64,000 nucleotides of DNA from Chrysomallon squamiferum (lineage: Eukaryota; Animalia; Mollusca), in assembly GCA_012295275.1 (NCBI GenBank), contig CM022675.1, positions 16,740,001-16,804,000 on the forward strand. The letters are read 5' to 3'. The notes below the pieces were generated by a model. The model did not search any database, was not told where the DNA came from, and saw only the letters and a list, made by a program, of their open reading frames with translations. Positions within the stretch are counted from its first letter, which is position 1, and every line of letters begins with the position of its first letter. The position numbers were made by a program, and so were the translations under genes. Shown here in pieces: positions 1-23,578 of the stretch.

Positions 1-377
1 GCTAGTTTTTATTTGATGGTAAACATTTTAAATTTTATAAATAAAGAATTTACCGTCTAAAAATCTTCACACACACAAACACGCACACGCACACGCACAC
101 GCACACACACACACAAACAAACACATAACTGCATTTTTTTTTTTTAAATAAAATGTTTACAAGGAAACAGTTAGATCTAGCCACAAAGGCACCATAGATT
201 TAGAAAAGTTTTCAAAAATGTTAACTATATTATATAATACCTCCTTTCCCCAGAAAAAAAATAGCGTACCTTCATTTCCATTAATAAAGTAAACTTATAG
301 TATTTTGTTTCCATGAAGAAGGTAAGAATATAGTTTCTTCATTTCGTTAAAGAAAGAAAGAATATAATATTTTGTTT

Positions 378-1126
378 CCATAATGAAAGTAAAAATATAG
401 TACTTCATTACCATAATGAAAGTAAAAATATAGTACCTTCATTACCATAATGAAAGTAAAAATATAGTACCTTCATTACCATAATGAAAGTAAAAATATA
501 GTACTTCATTACCATGATGAAAGTAGAAATATAGTACCTTCATTACCATGATGAAAGTAAAAATATAGTACTTCATTACCATGATGAAAGTAGAAATATA
601 GTACCTTCATTACCATGATGAAAGTAGAAATATAGTACCTTCATTACCATGATGAAAGTAGAAATATAGTACTTCATTACCATGATGAAAGTAAAAATAT
701 AGTACTTCATTACCATGATGAAAGTAGAAATATAGTACCTTCATTACCATGATGAAAGTAGAAATATAGTACCTTCATTACCATGATGAAAGTAGAAATA
801 TAGTACTTCATTACCATGATGAAAGTAAAAATATAGTACTTCATTACCATGATGAAAGTAGAAATATAGTACCTTCATTACCATAATGAAAGTAAAAATA
901 TAGTACCTTCATTACCATGATGAAAGTAAAAATATAGTACCTTCATTACCATGATGAAAGTAGAAATATAGTACCTTCATTACCATGATGAAAGTAGAAA
1001 TATAGTACCTTCATTACCATAATGAAAGTAAAAATATAGTACTTCATTACCATAATGAAAGTAAAAATATAGTACCTTCATTACCATAATGAAAGTAAAA
1101 ATATAGTACTTCATTACCATAATGAA
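378..1126. repeat. Minisatellite, 33-34 bp unit CCAT(A/G)ATGAAAGTA(A/G)AAATATAGTAC(C)TTCATTA, about 22 copies
   Basis: Head-to-tail copies are visible directly. Each unit is internally palindromic (TAATGAA-AGTA ... TACT-TCATTA). Confidence 0.95.
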
Positions 1127-1580
1127 TATATTTTTTTAACTGACAACGGTAGAAGTACTCGTATCTCAACTTGTAGAAAAAGTGTATAATGTACTTATAG
1201 TCAAAATTATTCATATATTTAAGTCAAAGTATTCATATATCTAAGTCAAAGTATTCATATATCTAAGTCCATGTATACCTTATGTCTAACTAAATGTATA
1301 ACTTATGCGTGACTGAAATTTATAACTTATGTCTGACTAAAAACTTTATCTTCTGTATGAGTGAAAAGTATACCGCATGTCTGAGCAAAAAGCAGACTGT
1401 ACATCGGAGTCAAAGGACATCAAAGACCTGAATCAAAATAACGCGGAGCTCCTGATTAGAAAACAACAAAAAAAATAGTAAAAAATCCTAGGGTTAGCTT
1501 AAGAAAAAAATATTTAAAAATTCGAGAAAGCCCTTAAGAATAAACAGTAATATAACAGAAACAACAACAACAACAACAAC

Positions 1581-1661
<81 letters not shown>

Positions 1662-2626
1662 ACAAGAAAAGAAACAAGGCATATACTTGTGTAAAAAGAA
1701 AGTAAAAATGTAATATCTTGGTTTCCAGAAATAAACTAAGAATATAGTAATGAAAAAGATGTGTGCGTGTTTGACATGAAAAACGTTAAAACTCGAGTCA
1801 TATACGAACATCATAGAGTACTTTACTTCGCGTCTTGTCGCCTCTTGGTTTTGCAAAACAAACAAATTTAAAATATTTGACTCTTTGCTTTACATTAGGT
1901 ATTTTATTGCATAGTCCAACAGGCGACATTATAATGACCAAGACATCCTGCTGAATAATACTAAGTTCGTGTCAAAGCTAAGTCCTTTCTTCTTTAAAAC
2001 ACTGTGATATGAACTAAGTGGTGACAAGGGCACGGGCGGCACGAGCTATAGCGCTTTCTCTTCATTATTCTCTTCTTCTATTTTAATGTTTTTATGTACT
2101 CAAATTTATGTGTTTACGTTATTTTAAGAAATTAAGAATATTACAGGAATGATCATACCACTAGTTATTTCTGTAAGAGGCCTCAAAACTAAAATAGCCT
2201 AGAGCCTCTCTTTATCTAAACTAGGCATTTTAAAATATCCTAATTAACGAATTAGTTTGTCTAAAAAAATAGAATAAAAAATAATAATAACAATAAAAAA
2301 AAAACCTCTGATGAATTCCTACATTTGCTTGTTGCATTGTTCATTTGTTTTGTATTTGTTTATTAGCTAATTTGTTTGTTTGCTTGTAATTATTTGTTTG
2401 TAATTATGTATTTATATAATCCGTAAGTAATTTTATGTTTGTACGTAGCTCTATACTACTATATATATATGTGTGTATGAATGTATGTGTGTGTGTGTAT
2501 GTGTGTGTGTGTGTATGCATGAATGTAAGTGTGTGTGTGTATGTATGAATGTAATTGTTTGTGTATGAATGAATGTATGTGTGTATGTATGAATGAATGC
2601 AAACATGCACGCATGTATGTATTTAT

Positions 2627-2695
<69 letters not shown>

Positions 2696-2874
2696 TTAAA
2701 TAACAATATTTCGGTTCTTATGTTTATTTTATTTTTCACGAAAAACAATAGAAGTGATGTTATTACATGCTGGTTGTTTCTTCTCTGAAATATCAGATTT
2801 CTGAAAAATAAATAAATAAACAAATAAATAAATAAACAAATCAATATCGCAATGCCGTAATTTAAACTCTAGGC

Positions 2875-3225
2875 AATAAATAAAGTTATATTATTATACT
2901 GACGTCATTTTAATTCTAACTAAATAAATAAAATTATGTTATTAAACGTTATAAATAAATTAAATTATTATACTGATGTAATTTTAATTCTAAATAAACA
3001 AATAAAGTTATATTATTATACTGACGTAATTTTAATTCTAAATAAATAAATAAAATTATATTATTATACTGACGTAATTTTAATTCTAAATAAATAAAGT
3101 TATATTATTATTCTGACGTAATTTTAATTCTAAATAAACAAATAAAGTTATATTATAGTGACCTAATTTTAATTCAGAATAAATAAATAAATATTAAAGT
3201 TATATTACACTGATGAGATTTAAAT
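2875..3225. repeat. AT-rich tandem repeat, about 41-45 bp unit (AATAAATAAAGTTATATTATTATACTGACGTAATTTTAATTCTA)
   Basis: About 8 degenerate copies read directly, just downstream of the CAP gene stop codon. Confidence 0.85.
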
Positions 3226-3243
3226 AAATTTCAAAAGTTATAA

Positions 3244-12428
<9,185 letters not shown>

Positions 12429-13783
12429 TTTTCTATTCAACAGTAGAATTGTAGAACTTTATGGTGCCTCACTGAGAATCTGCGAATATTTTCATCTGCT
12501 TTTGAAAGACAAAGTCACGTTTTACCACGTGTAACAGATACCTGCCTACATTTCTCAGTATTGATATTTTAACTTTTATCGTTTAATTATTTTAAGACAA
12601 TAGGTGAGAAGTAACCTATTTCATCGAAACAAAGCGATTGCACGTGTTGCCAATCTCAGCTTGTTGTTTTATTAAAAATAGTTTACCAATAAATTAAACC
12701 TAGTAAAAGTCTACTAACACACATGTCACACTCGAAGTTAGATTTAAAATTTAAATCACCTTTGTGTACATTTGATGTTTTAGATTTTAATGTTGTACTT
12801 TACTTGAATAAAGATTTTTTTATGTACGTATCTCTGCGTGAGACCGTACTCGTGTTTATCTTCTTTTGAATTATGTGTATTTCAGCTATGATTATTAAAT
12901 TAATAATTATTACATTATTATAGTTAATAAATAAACCTGTTCTACACATACGATAATGATAATATCTGACAGAGAACAGAGCTGTACACTTTGTAAGAAC
13001 AACAGTTATTAATACGAATTTCCCAGAAAACACAGAGCATGTCTTTGTCACAGGAAGAAAAATATGACGAAAGACGTTGAGCAGGATCGGTCTTGAACAC
13101 ACTGCAGTCACACGCGGCTTACTTCACAACAAACACACTGACTAAAATTCTGTTATCACTGTTATTTATAATTTATTCATCATGAAATTTAATTATATAT
13201 CTTGTTTCAATATACTATGCGTGTTTTTCATTCCGATAAATTTATAATTACCTTAAAGCCCTTAGCCAGTGGTATGATATATTTATCTAACTACATTTAT
13301 TTAATGATTATTATAAGCAATCAGTTTTAAATTAGCCGTGTTTAGCTTTGTTAACTCTTGTACTGGTGAGCAAAACGAGAGAATGCTGCTCAAAAATGCT
13401 TTATACGTTAATCAAAGAAAACGAAAATTGTCTTTACAGTGAAAACGTTACTTTTTAGTGTCCTGCTTATTTTGTTAACGTCTGTCTCACAGCATTCGCA
13501 ATAATGCTTTGTTCTTCTTTTTCCTACCCAATCCCGAATACACGTGCCTTATTCGAGTCGGTACTTTTTAGAGGTATACTATGAACCATTGCCAGCAGTA
13601 TCTTAAACAGCATGACTACAAATCTATGGACATACACAACGAAGTAATTTTTGTACCCCCCCCACTATTTCCGTTCTACTTGCATTAATACAACACTCGA
13701 GTACAAAGTTTTTATATTTTAAATTCTAAAAATAGATTACACGTTTTTGACATTTACCGGTTATTATTATTATTATTATTTTT

Positions 13784-13814
<31 letters not shown>

Positions 13815-14573
13815 TTATTATTATTGATATTATTATTATTGATATTGTTGTATATTCCATAAGAATGTGCCGTTGATAATTTTATAAAGAAAAAAGAAAT
13901 GTTTAGAAAACATTGATTTCTAACATTTAATATTTTATTTATTTCTTCTTATTATTTATTTTGTTTAACTAAGCCTATTTTTTCACATCCGATTTGAAGC
14001 AACAAAATCACAATGTTTTGACTTCTGTCAATTTTTTTTCTTTTTTAGTTCTAAATCTATTTCGGCACATAAAATTATTGCTGAAAGCAAAATAATATTT
14101 ATTTAAGAAAATGTTATTATGAAAAGACCCCAAAATCAGAATTCTACACGTGATAAAAACTTTGATCAGTTCGTTCTCCGCTCACCCGAATAGCATGTCC
14201 ACAAGTTCACTGAACTGTGAAAAGAAACACTTAGGTCAGAGGACATTTGCACTTTCATGATGTTCGATAGATAAATCGGACTATGAGGTCTCCCAATGAA
14301 AACACAGAGTTTTTACTTTCCTGATAAAAACGAGATAAACATTCTATCATACTGCGTTAAATTTAAAATATCAAACTTTCCCAGTTTTAAAATTCAGTAC
14401 AGATAAACTACAAATATCCATGTGTGTGTGTGTGTTGTAAAGGTGACATTTATTATATATTGTTGGATATTCTTTATAGTGTTGTGTGTGTGTGTGTATG
14501 AGAGAGAGAGTAATAATCGTAATATTGTTTTTGACAGATGATATTCCACACATTTATAGATTAAATATGATCT

Positions 14574-14607
<34 letters not shown>

Positions 14608-14608
14608 C

Positions 14609-14639
<31 letters not shown>

Positions 14640-14956
14640 TTATGATGACGATAACAGTAATAATAGTAATAATGTTTTTTCTTACTTTAATAATTGAGTT
14701 AATAGAAAATAGAATAAAATTAAATAAATGTTGTTAACTGTTTATTAGATACAATAAAATTTGTTTGACACTGTTCTTAGTAACGTTTGATTTATTATAA
14801 ACAGTTAAACCTTCGTATCACATATTTATCACTAGTAAAATTAATAGAATTAAATTTATTATTCAGTTTAAGTCTTAATCAAAAGGATGATGATTCATCT
14901 TGGATACCGTGAATATAGTAATAGTTATTGTAGTAGTAATGGTAGTAACCGTAACA

Positions 14957-15012
<56 letters not shown>

Positions 15013-16419
15013 TAGATTAAGAAGAAGAAGAAGTACAGCACAGCAATAGTAACAGAAAGAAACAAGTTTGAAGAATTTTTTCAAGGTATTGTCTGAACTG
15101 TAATGTAATCAATAAATCTTTCAATCTAATTTTATAAACGTTTGTCACACTGATACTATGTCCACATTTAGCACATTTTGACAATATTTCTTAGCAAAAC
15201 AAGTTTTCAGTAAACGTCAAAGATCAGATGAAATCAGTTACTCAAAATTCAAACATACTTTGCACATCACAGCGATCTGCGTTCCTTGTCTTTTATTTCA
15301 GCATACATTTGTGTTTGAGGCCAGGTGTAATAGTTAGAAATGTTATCTTACGTACGTACGTCTGGTTAGGAAACTGTTCAGTCTGTCCTGAAGTGTCAGC
15401 ACGTTAGAAGATTACTTAGCAGATAGAGAGGATAAAAAATATTTATATATTTTTCCTACACTTGAACAAAATAACTTTATTTATTATTATTAAATGAAAC
15501 ATACATACTTAGGAATCTCAATAAGAAAATTGTGCTTGGTTAAACGTTAGACCTTAATACATAATTTTTGTCCGATAACTTATTTCAATAGTCAGTTATA
15601 TCAGATGTTTAAAACATTTACTTATATAATATAAATCAGTTTTCCTGCTATCAATAACACCTTCATAAGAGAACATACAACGACAGTAAATGAACCTTTC
15701 AAAACATACTTGTGTGGATAACAATTTACAGGTTTCATAATTTAATTTAATTTTAAATTTTTATCACCTTTGAGACAACTATCTATATATTAACAGTAAT
15801 TAATGTGTTTTCTTTTAGGTATCAGATGATTTGTACAAATATGTGATTTAATTTTGTTTGTTTTTCACTGGGAAAACACAACAGTAAACAATAAACATGT
15901 ATATGAATGTTAAATATACATAATTAATAGTCCTGATTAAAGTAAATAATTTTAAAAAAATAGAAGAAACTTATTTTGCTCACATAAATTACACTGAAAC
16001 TATTATATTTCAAATTATTCTTCCAAAATAAAAAAATTCATAAATAAATAAATAATTGAAGATGCTTGGCTGTTAACTGATAATTAGCTTGGTGTGGACA
16101 TCTTCCAGTCTCAGCACTGGATGGAAACTATAAAATATTGCTGGTGTCGAATATCTAGAATTTATGATATTTTTATTTGGATATTAAATCAATAATAATT
16201 TAGTCTCATTTTTGTGTTGTGGGAATCTGACTGAATATACCATCTTTTATCATCCCCATTTAAAATTTTTGAAATAAAACAACACATTCAAATATTTATA
16301 AAACCTGAATCACGTTTATGATTCAAATTTTCCTTTAATTACAAAATCTACAAGTCACTTCAAGATCTGGTCTTATTTATTAATTTATGTTATTTTATTA
16401 TTTATTTATTTTTGTTCAT

Positions 16420-19400
16420 TCAAGAAGACACAGCAACTTCAGTTTCAGTATCTTCCTCTGGAGGCAAGGGAGAAAACTCTGGTTTACGAAATGTTTTTAA
16501 CAATGGTTCACGTGGTGGCATCCAGTCTGGAATAATTTTGCCATGAACTCTCCAGGTTCCGTATACATTTGCAACATGTTTCTCCAAAACAATATATTCC
16601 AAAACATCCTTAGGAACAGTCTCACTTCCATACATGAGTCGACCAAATCTGTCGTAAACAGCAAGAATCTGAAACAATGAATCAAATAATTTTTATTTTT
16701 TTTACATGATTTATAATTATTTAACATTTTTTAACACTTTTATGAAACTACAGAATAAATTACAAAAAAATATAATTTTACTAACACATATGAGTGTAGA
16801 GTTGTGCTGTTTTTTTTTTTTTTTAAATATTAAGCTAAGTGGACATCTATTATTACATATAATGCAGACCCAGATGATAAAAATTATCAAACTTTTCCAA
16901 TTAGAAAAATAACAAAATAAAAACTAATTAACATAGCTGCTTTTCAACTATTTTTTTTCACTTATTCTTTTTTTGTTATTCCAGTTTTATACAATAGTAC
17001 ACTTTATAAAATCAATGCTGTTAGTATGTCAGTAAACATGAGACGAAATCACAGACCTGCTTTGTGTGCATTCTCACTGTCACTTGTGCAAAAATATTGT
17101 CTTTGCCAAACATCTCCTGTGTTCTGATCTGCATCACTCGAGGTGGCTCTATTGATTCAACAAACTTCCATTTCAGAGTCTTGTTTTCTAAACCAAAAAG
17201 CATTTCCTGAAAAAGTAAATATAATATGCATAATAATTTTTTTTTAATAATTCCTGTATTAAATGCATTATGAAGCTGTATTGGCAGATATGATTCTAAA
17301 CATATTAACTCTTTTTTTAAGTAAGGGTCATGAAGAAGATTATTTGGCACCCTGTAATGATTAATAAAAACACGGTATTAACAGTGATAGTTTATATATT
17401 TCAATATGAATACAGACTTCAGATGATACTTTAGAAAATAAGCTATCATTTTTGTTGGGTTAATATGTTTTTGTTTCCCAGAATAAAATGAAAAATTAAA
17501 GTGAATGTCAAATTGTATTTGTAATTAAAAAAAGAAAAGTAATTGTAATTAACATAATTGTTTAATTATTATGGGTTTTACAAATAATTTTAAATGGTAT
17601 AATTAACTGAAAACCAACATTAATATTTACTCAAAATTAATTACTTACTGGAAAAGCCTTTTCTGTTACAAGGTTATGCAATTTATCTTCATTTTTGTAA
17701 ATACTGTGATTGAAAAAAAAGAAGAATTATTTATACATTATTCATTAATGTTTTAAACAGAACATCAGTGCAATATATATATATATAAGTATGATAATCA
17801 AAATCGTTAAAAAAGATAATTTTGATGAGATAAAAATGAGGAATTTAACAGTTCTAGTATGCTTATACTATAATATGGTTTTCACCTGAACACTTCACTA
17901 TAAAATTTAGTCAAAAGTCATTCAAAGAATATTTACTGATTTTTGATTACTCACTTTTAAATGATAAATTAATTTTAATGGAGTTTCCATGGCAACTGTT
18001 GCTGATATTACTTACTCTTGCAGTGCTTCCTGGGCCTCTATGACGATGTTTTGTGCTTGCCGGGCAAATTCTTTAGTGTCAAAATCTTCTTCAAATTGTC
18101 TTACTTTACGTAATTCCATCAAAGATTTACCTTTCTTCTCAAACTCCTTATATTTTGTCTTAACTCCCTGCAGATAAAATATTAAATGAATATCTGAAAT
18201 ATTTCTTTCTCATCATTTACTTTATATTATATATAGTAAAAAAAAAATTAATAAAAGAAGAAAACTAAAAACGAATGTAGTTTCTCCCTTATATTCAAGT
18301 TTATAAAATATATAAATATTCATACAAAACAGACATTGCAAATAATTTGAATTTTTAAAATGTGCACCGACTGAATGATACAATCATCAGCTATCTTTTG
18401 AAATATCTAATGTTTGTTCCACACCAGATAACATGACTACAAACATGTTTGTTTACATTATTTGGCTTGAAGCATGTGCAGATCACTGTATCAAAGAAGA
18501 CATTATATATTTCAAATGGACATTAATAACAGTTATAATTTAATTTACCTGTGGTGAAATTAGAGATCTTTTCCCATCACCCTCTGGGGGTACGAATTCT
18601 TCTATCACTGCACCTAAAACAAACAAAATAAAAATGAAACATTATGTGCTCATATATACACACATACAGACATATATACACTGTGTTTTAAAAAATAAAA
18701 TAAATCAGATGATTCTAACAAGTTTAGATGTAAATAAAATAATAATGAATGTAGTTAAGATTTAGGAACATACACATGTATACTAACACAGATTTTTTCA
18801 CCATTAGTAGTTATACATCCACACACACACACACTGATATATTAGATAAAAACTCATTTTTATTAAAACAGCTAATATATACAAACTCAAATAATACACA
18901 AACACAAAAATCTAGATAAATACATATTATAAAACATTCATTTTCTCACCTGTACACACACATACACTCAGTTATATCTACCTGAACACACACACAAACT
19001 CGGTTATATCTACCTGTACACACACCTACCCTAAGTTATATATAACTATACACACACATACACTCAGTTATATCTACCTGTACACACATACACTCAGTTA
19101 TATCTACCTGTACATACATACACTCAATTATATCTACCTGTAAACACACATACACTCAGTTATATCTATCTGTACACACAAACTCAGTTATATCTACCTG
19201 TACACACACACACTCAGTTATATCTACCTGTAAACACACACACTCAGTTATATCTACCTGTACACACACATACACTCAGTTATACCTGTACACACACACA
19301 CACTCAGTTATACCTGTACACACATACACTCAGTTATATCTACCTGTAAACATACATACACTCAGTTATATCTACCTGTACACACACATACACTCAGTTA

Positions 19401-21156
19401 TATCTACCTGTACACACATACACTCAGTTATATCTACCTGTACACACATACACTCAGTTATATCTACCTGTACACATACATACACTCAGTTATATCTACC
19501 TGTTGAACAAATGTTGAGAGGTCGATTCTGATCACTGCGTGGGGGCAGTCGGCCATCTTTTTTCATCCTCATTCTCATTTCATCAGGTGTCATTTTCAGA
19601 TCTGCCATCATTTCACCAAAGTCAGGCAGATCAACCTAAACAGGTATTTGTTACTAAAGTTACTTGTGAACAGTAATTGTGATTGTAAATCATATATATA
19701 TATAAAATTCATTTTAAAAAGAATCAGTAACTTTTAATTTAAATTCTTTTTCTTACCTTTCTGACTTTTTCTCGTCTTTGTTTCCTCCATTTTGGATCAA
19801 AATGTTTGGCAGAAGGAAATCTAACCTGTTGCTGACCAAGAACTGGTGCAATTTTCAAAAGTGAATTAATAAACTGTATATTCTGAAAAAAAAAAAAAAT
19901 AATAATAATAATAATAATAACAAAACTTTAACAGACTGAATCAAGTAACATCAAAATGTCATTCATCTAATGTGAAACATGGTTTTAATGATTAGTATTA
20001 ATAATATGTAATGAAATAAATGATAATAAATTTAGTAAATGGCCAGAATAAACCACTGTTTAACAATGATGTTAATACATTCTCAGTGCATTAACTAATT
20101 TTATAATGATATCATAATTATCAGAGTATTGTAAATGGAAGCTCAATTTATCATGATATCCCTTGTTTATTTATGACAATCTGTTTTATTACAACATCAG
20201 TGACTCATTCGGTCATTTTTCATCCCAGTTTATCAGATAAATTAGTATGTACTTTCCTAACCCCAGAAAGATGGATACAGAAAATCCCTAGTTGCTCATA
20301 AATAACATAAAAAGAATAAGTTTAAAAAGAAAGTTCCATTTCATATTCTCTTCAGTCCTTAAACATTATGAATATGAAAACAAAAATTTAAATATGTAAT
20401 AACAAATCTTTGTTAAAAGGGTTATTACTACTACTGTTTTCAGCTAATTTCAATGATATGTTTCAGACCTGATTAAGATCATAAATATATTAATTATATT
20501 TTGAGCTTCTTAATGAGTTTTATCAAGTATCATGAAGTGTCGGTCACAATGGTATTGTACAGGGTGAATGTATAGTTTAAAACTGCTGCATATCATTTGT
20601 CATGATTTGGTGTTTTGGAATTTATCAAGCAAATTCAACAAGTTGAGTTTACTTTTTTGGTCGAGATTACTAAATTATACATACAGTGGATAAGTACCTA
20701 CCGAATACTGTTGCTAATAGCAATAGTTACTTTAGTAGTATTACTTTTATTCATTCGTAATTATTTATTAAACTTTGTATAACGAGATTTCCTTAATTTG
20801 TAAACAAACACGTATTAGACTTAGTCTAATATCATTTTATAATTCTTGGAGGAGTTAGTAAAATTAAATGTTATGAATAATCAAGTAAATAAAAATGTTA
20901 TGTCATTAACGTTATATGTTATTCATTGATTCTCATTCTAATCTGCTATTGAATTATTCAGTTTCGAACGTGCCATAAAATCATTCCAAATTTTGAATAA
21001 ACTAGGAAACAAGCGCGTATGAATTGTAATTATTTGTTGAATTGATGATGTTTATGTTTCATCAAGTAAAGACATATTATAAATAATTCAGTTATTCATA
21101 GTAAAAACCTGGATGTTTTTCGCTTGACCCAGACACTTAGTAATGTACGCTGCCAT
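16420..21156 (-). CDS. MRPL45: Mitochondrial ribosomal protein L45 (mL45, Tim44-like domain), 326 aa, 8 exons
   Basis: Exons 21156-21109, 19882-19757, 19635-19500, 18613-18549, 18167-18016, 17703-17649, 17206-17057 and 16668-16420 join in frame (981 nt). Recognised motifs: [86 protein letters not shown]. Confidence 0.96.
18945..19500. repeat. 30-32 bp minisatellite (TACACACATACACTCAGTTATATCTACCTG)n in MRPL45 intron 3
   Basis: About 18 copies. The array begins exactly at the exon 3 splice donor. Confidence 0.92.
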
Positions 21157-21403
21157 ACTGCTTTTGTTTCAAATTTCCTCTTTTTTTCAGGGAGATCCAT
21201 TTAACTGTTGATTTACTTGGCATGTCAGATTAAAATTGTGGAAGGAACAACCGACGTTAAATTATTTAATAATATTTCAACACATCAGTCGTAGCATCTG
21301 TATTCCAGTCTTGTAACTTTGCATCTTGACAGTTTAGACAGTTACATAAACATGCACATTATAATATATATATATTATGTATGTATGTGTATATGTGTAT
21401 GAT

Positions 21404-21552
21404 TCTCTCTCTCTCGGCAATAAACCTTACACTGAAGTGTGTATATATATGTGTGTGTGTGTGTCTGTGTGTGTGTGCGTGTGTTCATCATGTGTGTGTG
21501 TATATATATATATATCTACACACACACACATACTTTAGTGTAAAGCTTGTTG

Positions 21553-21565
<13 letters not shown>
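21404..21565. repeat. Imperfect inverted repeat (about 40 bp arms) flanked by (CT)n/(AG)n, MITE-like
   Basis: CTCTCGGCAATAAACCTTACACTGAAGT pairs with ACTTTAGTGTAAAGCTTGTTGCCGAGAG. Confidence 0.7.
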
Positions 21566-21640
<75 letters not shown>

Positions 21641-21848
21641 CATTTCACCTGATCTAGTATTCTCTGAAAAAGAAGTGAAATAAAATCAAATGAAATAGAC
21701 ATATAACACAAATAAATAAATATACATAAACTTTTTTTAGTTGATGCCTAGCATTTTGTCAAATGATTTGCGATTTTAGACTAATCAGTTATTTTTAATA
21801 GTAATGGTCATATTTATATACGTCTTATATAGCAAAAAAAAAACAACA

Positions 21849-21911
<63 letters not shown>

Positions 21912-22654
21912 CTGTCTTTCTCCTACAAATATTTTTGAAAGTCCCAAGGCATTTTAAAACAACAGCTTTTTCTTATGACATTCAGGAGTCTATACAGTTC
22001 TGTACTTAAATTGATTGTATAACAGTAATGAATTTGTTAATTTATTTTAAATTTTTATAAGATCCAATATTTTAATTTTTAACAATAATATAATTTGTTG
22101 TTGTCAGTTTGTCTTCTCCTTTTAAACATAATTTTCGAATTATGATTCTTTTTACGCTTAACTGTAATCTGTCATATAGAAGTTAATTTATACTGATATT
22201 TTGTTTCATATTATAGATGCGCAACAGGTAAATTTGAGAAATCAAGAGAAACAGTCAATTCGTGATTTTACGAGATTTCGTGAGAATTTGCATGAAAACC
22301 ATTTGCTTTCTTGAGAAAAAGAAAGGCTGTGGTGAACTAAGTCAGGTGAAAAAATTCGGTAAATAATTGAAGAAAATATAAAATAATTAGAACAAGTTTC
22401 AGATTTATATAGTAGATATAACCATTAATCAGTATCTTTTCTTTGCTTATGATTTTGTTGCTCTTATTTGCCAATATTAAGATAAGCGCTGGTGATTTCC
22501 GCTAATGTTGGGATTGGAATTTCCAAAATGGATGTCTGCCAATGCGTCATTGTATCGAGCTTTAAGTTTTTAGATTTTTGTTTTTTCCATTGCAGTTGTT
22601 TATTTTGTTATTATTACATAAAAAATATATTTTCCTAAAGGTATGATATTGACT

Positions 22655-23095
22655 AATGTGTTGAAAGATAAGAAAATTTAATTTCGTTGCGGAAATATTT
22701 TCAGAAGGAAGGGGAAAAAAGGGGATTCTACCACGAAAGATACTATTAAAAAGTATTATATTTATAACTATACTAGTATACAGTGTTTAACTAGAGAAAA
22801 TAAGGGCTTATTAGGGTGTTTGAAATTGCTGATACTTAATTAATTTTCAACATATTTACTAGATTTTTGGTGTTTTTTTCAATGATATTAATTAATCATT
22901 TAATGTGTTGAAAGAAAAATAAATAAATTTCGTTGTGGAAATATTTTCAGAAGAAAGGGAAAAAAGAGGGGATTGTCCACTGAAGGATACTAATTACTAT
23001 ATATAATATAGTGTTTATCTGGACGAAAATAAGGGGATTTCAAATTGCTGATACTTATTTTTAACACATTCACTTGATTTTGGTGTGTTTTTTTA
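22655..23095. repeat. Diverged tandem duplication of about 200-245 bp upstream of the BZW coding region
   Basis: AATGTGTTGAAAGA...TTCGTTGYGGAAATATTTTCAGAAG...AAATTGCTGATACTT...TTTGGTG occurs at about 22655 and about 22902. Confidence 0.8.
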
Positions 23096-23578
23096 AAGGG
23101 GTTTACAAGCTATTAGTATTACTCAACTTGTTTGTTTTCAGATTTCTGGGGTTTGATAATTATTGTCCACAAGATAGTGTCAAAACATTTTTTTTTTGGT
23201 TTTCCTTTTTGGTTTTTTATAAGTAATAATTAAAGACAAAGAAATAAACAAATAGGCAATGTATATTTTCTTTTTTGTGTATAAAAATATATATTTAGAA
23301 ATAATAATAATTTAAAAATTTTTTTTAATAAAAGCTGTTGAAAAAAAGAAAATTGCAAGTCTGTGTCATGAGTTACTAAAATTTAAAATATTGGTACTTT
23401 TCATTGATATTTTGGTAGATGGACATTGTAACAACAATGCATTTCCGTATCTGTGTTAAAAAAGAATATATATGTATACATCTAAACAAATTCGGTTCCA
23501 GTGCAGATCTGTATTTTATAGATATTAAATGTAATATAACATTTTTATTTTTCTATTATTATTTTTTTCAGAAGTTTT

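Noticed and set aside
378-1126. CRISPR-like palindromic 33-34 bp repeats
   Set aside because: The units are contiguous with no unique spacers, there are no cas genes, and the context is eukaryotic.
1375-1427. Possible isolated minus-strand exon (SLMSFDSDVQSAFCSDM)
   Set aside because: It has AG/GT ends, but I found no partner exons or recognisable motif.
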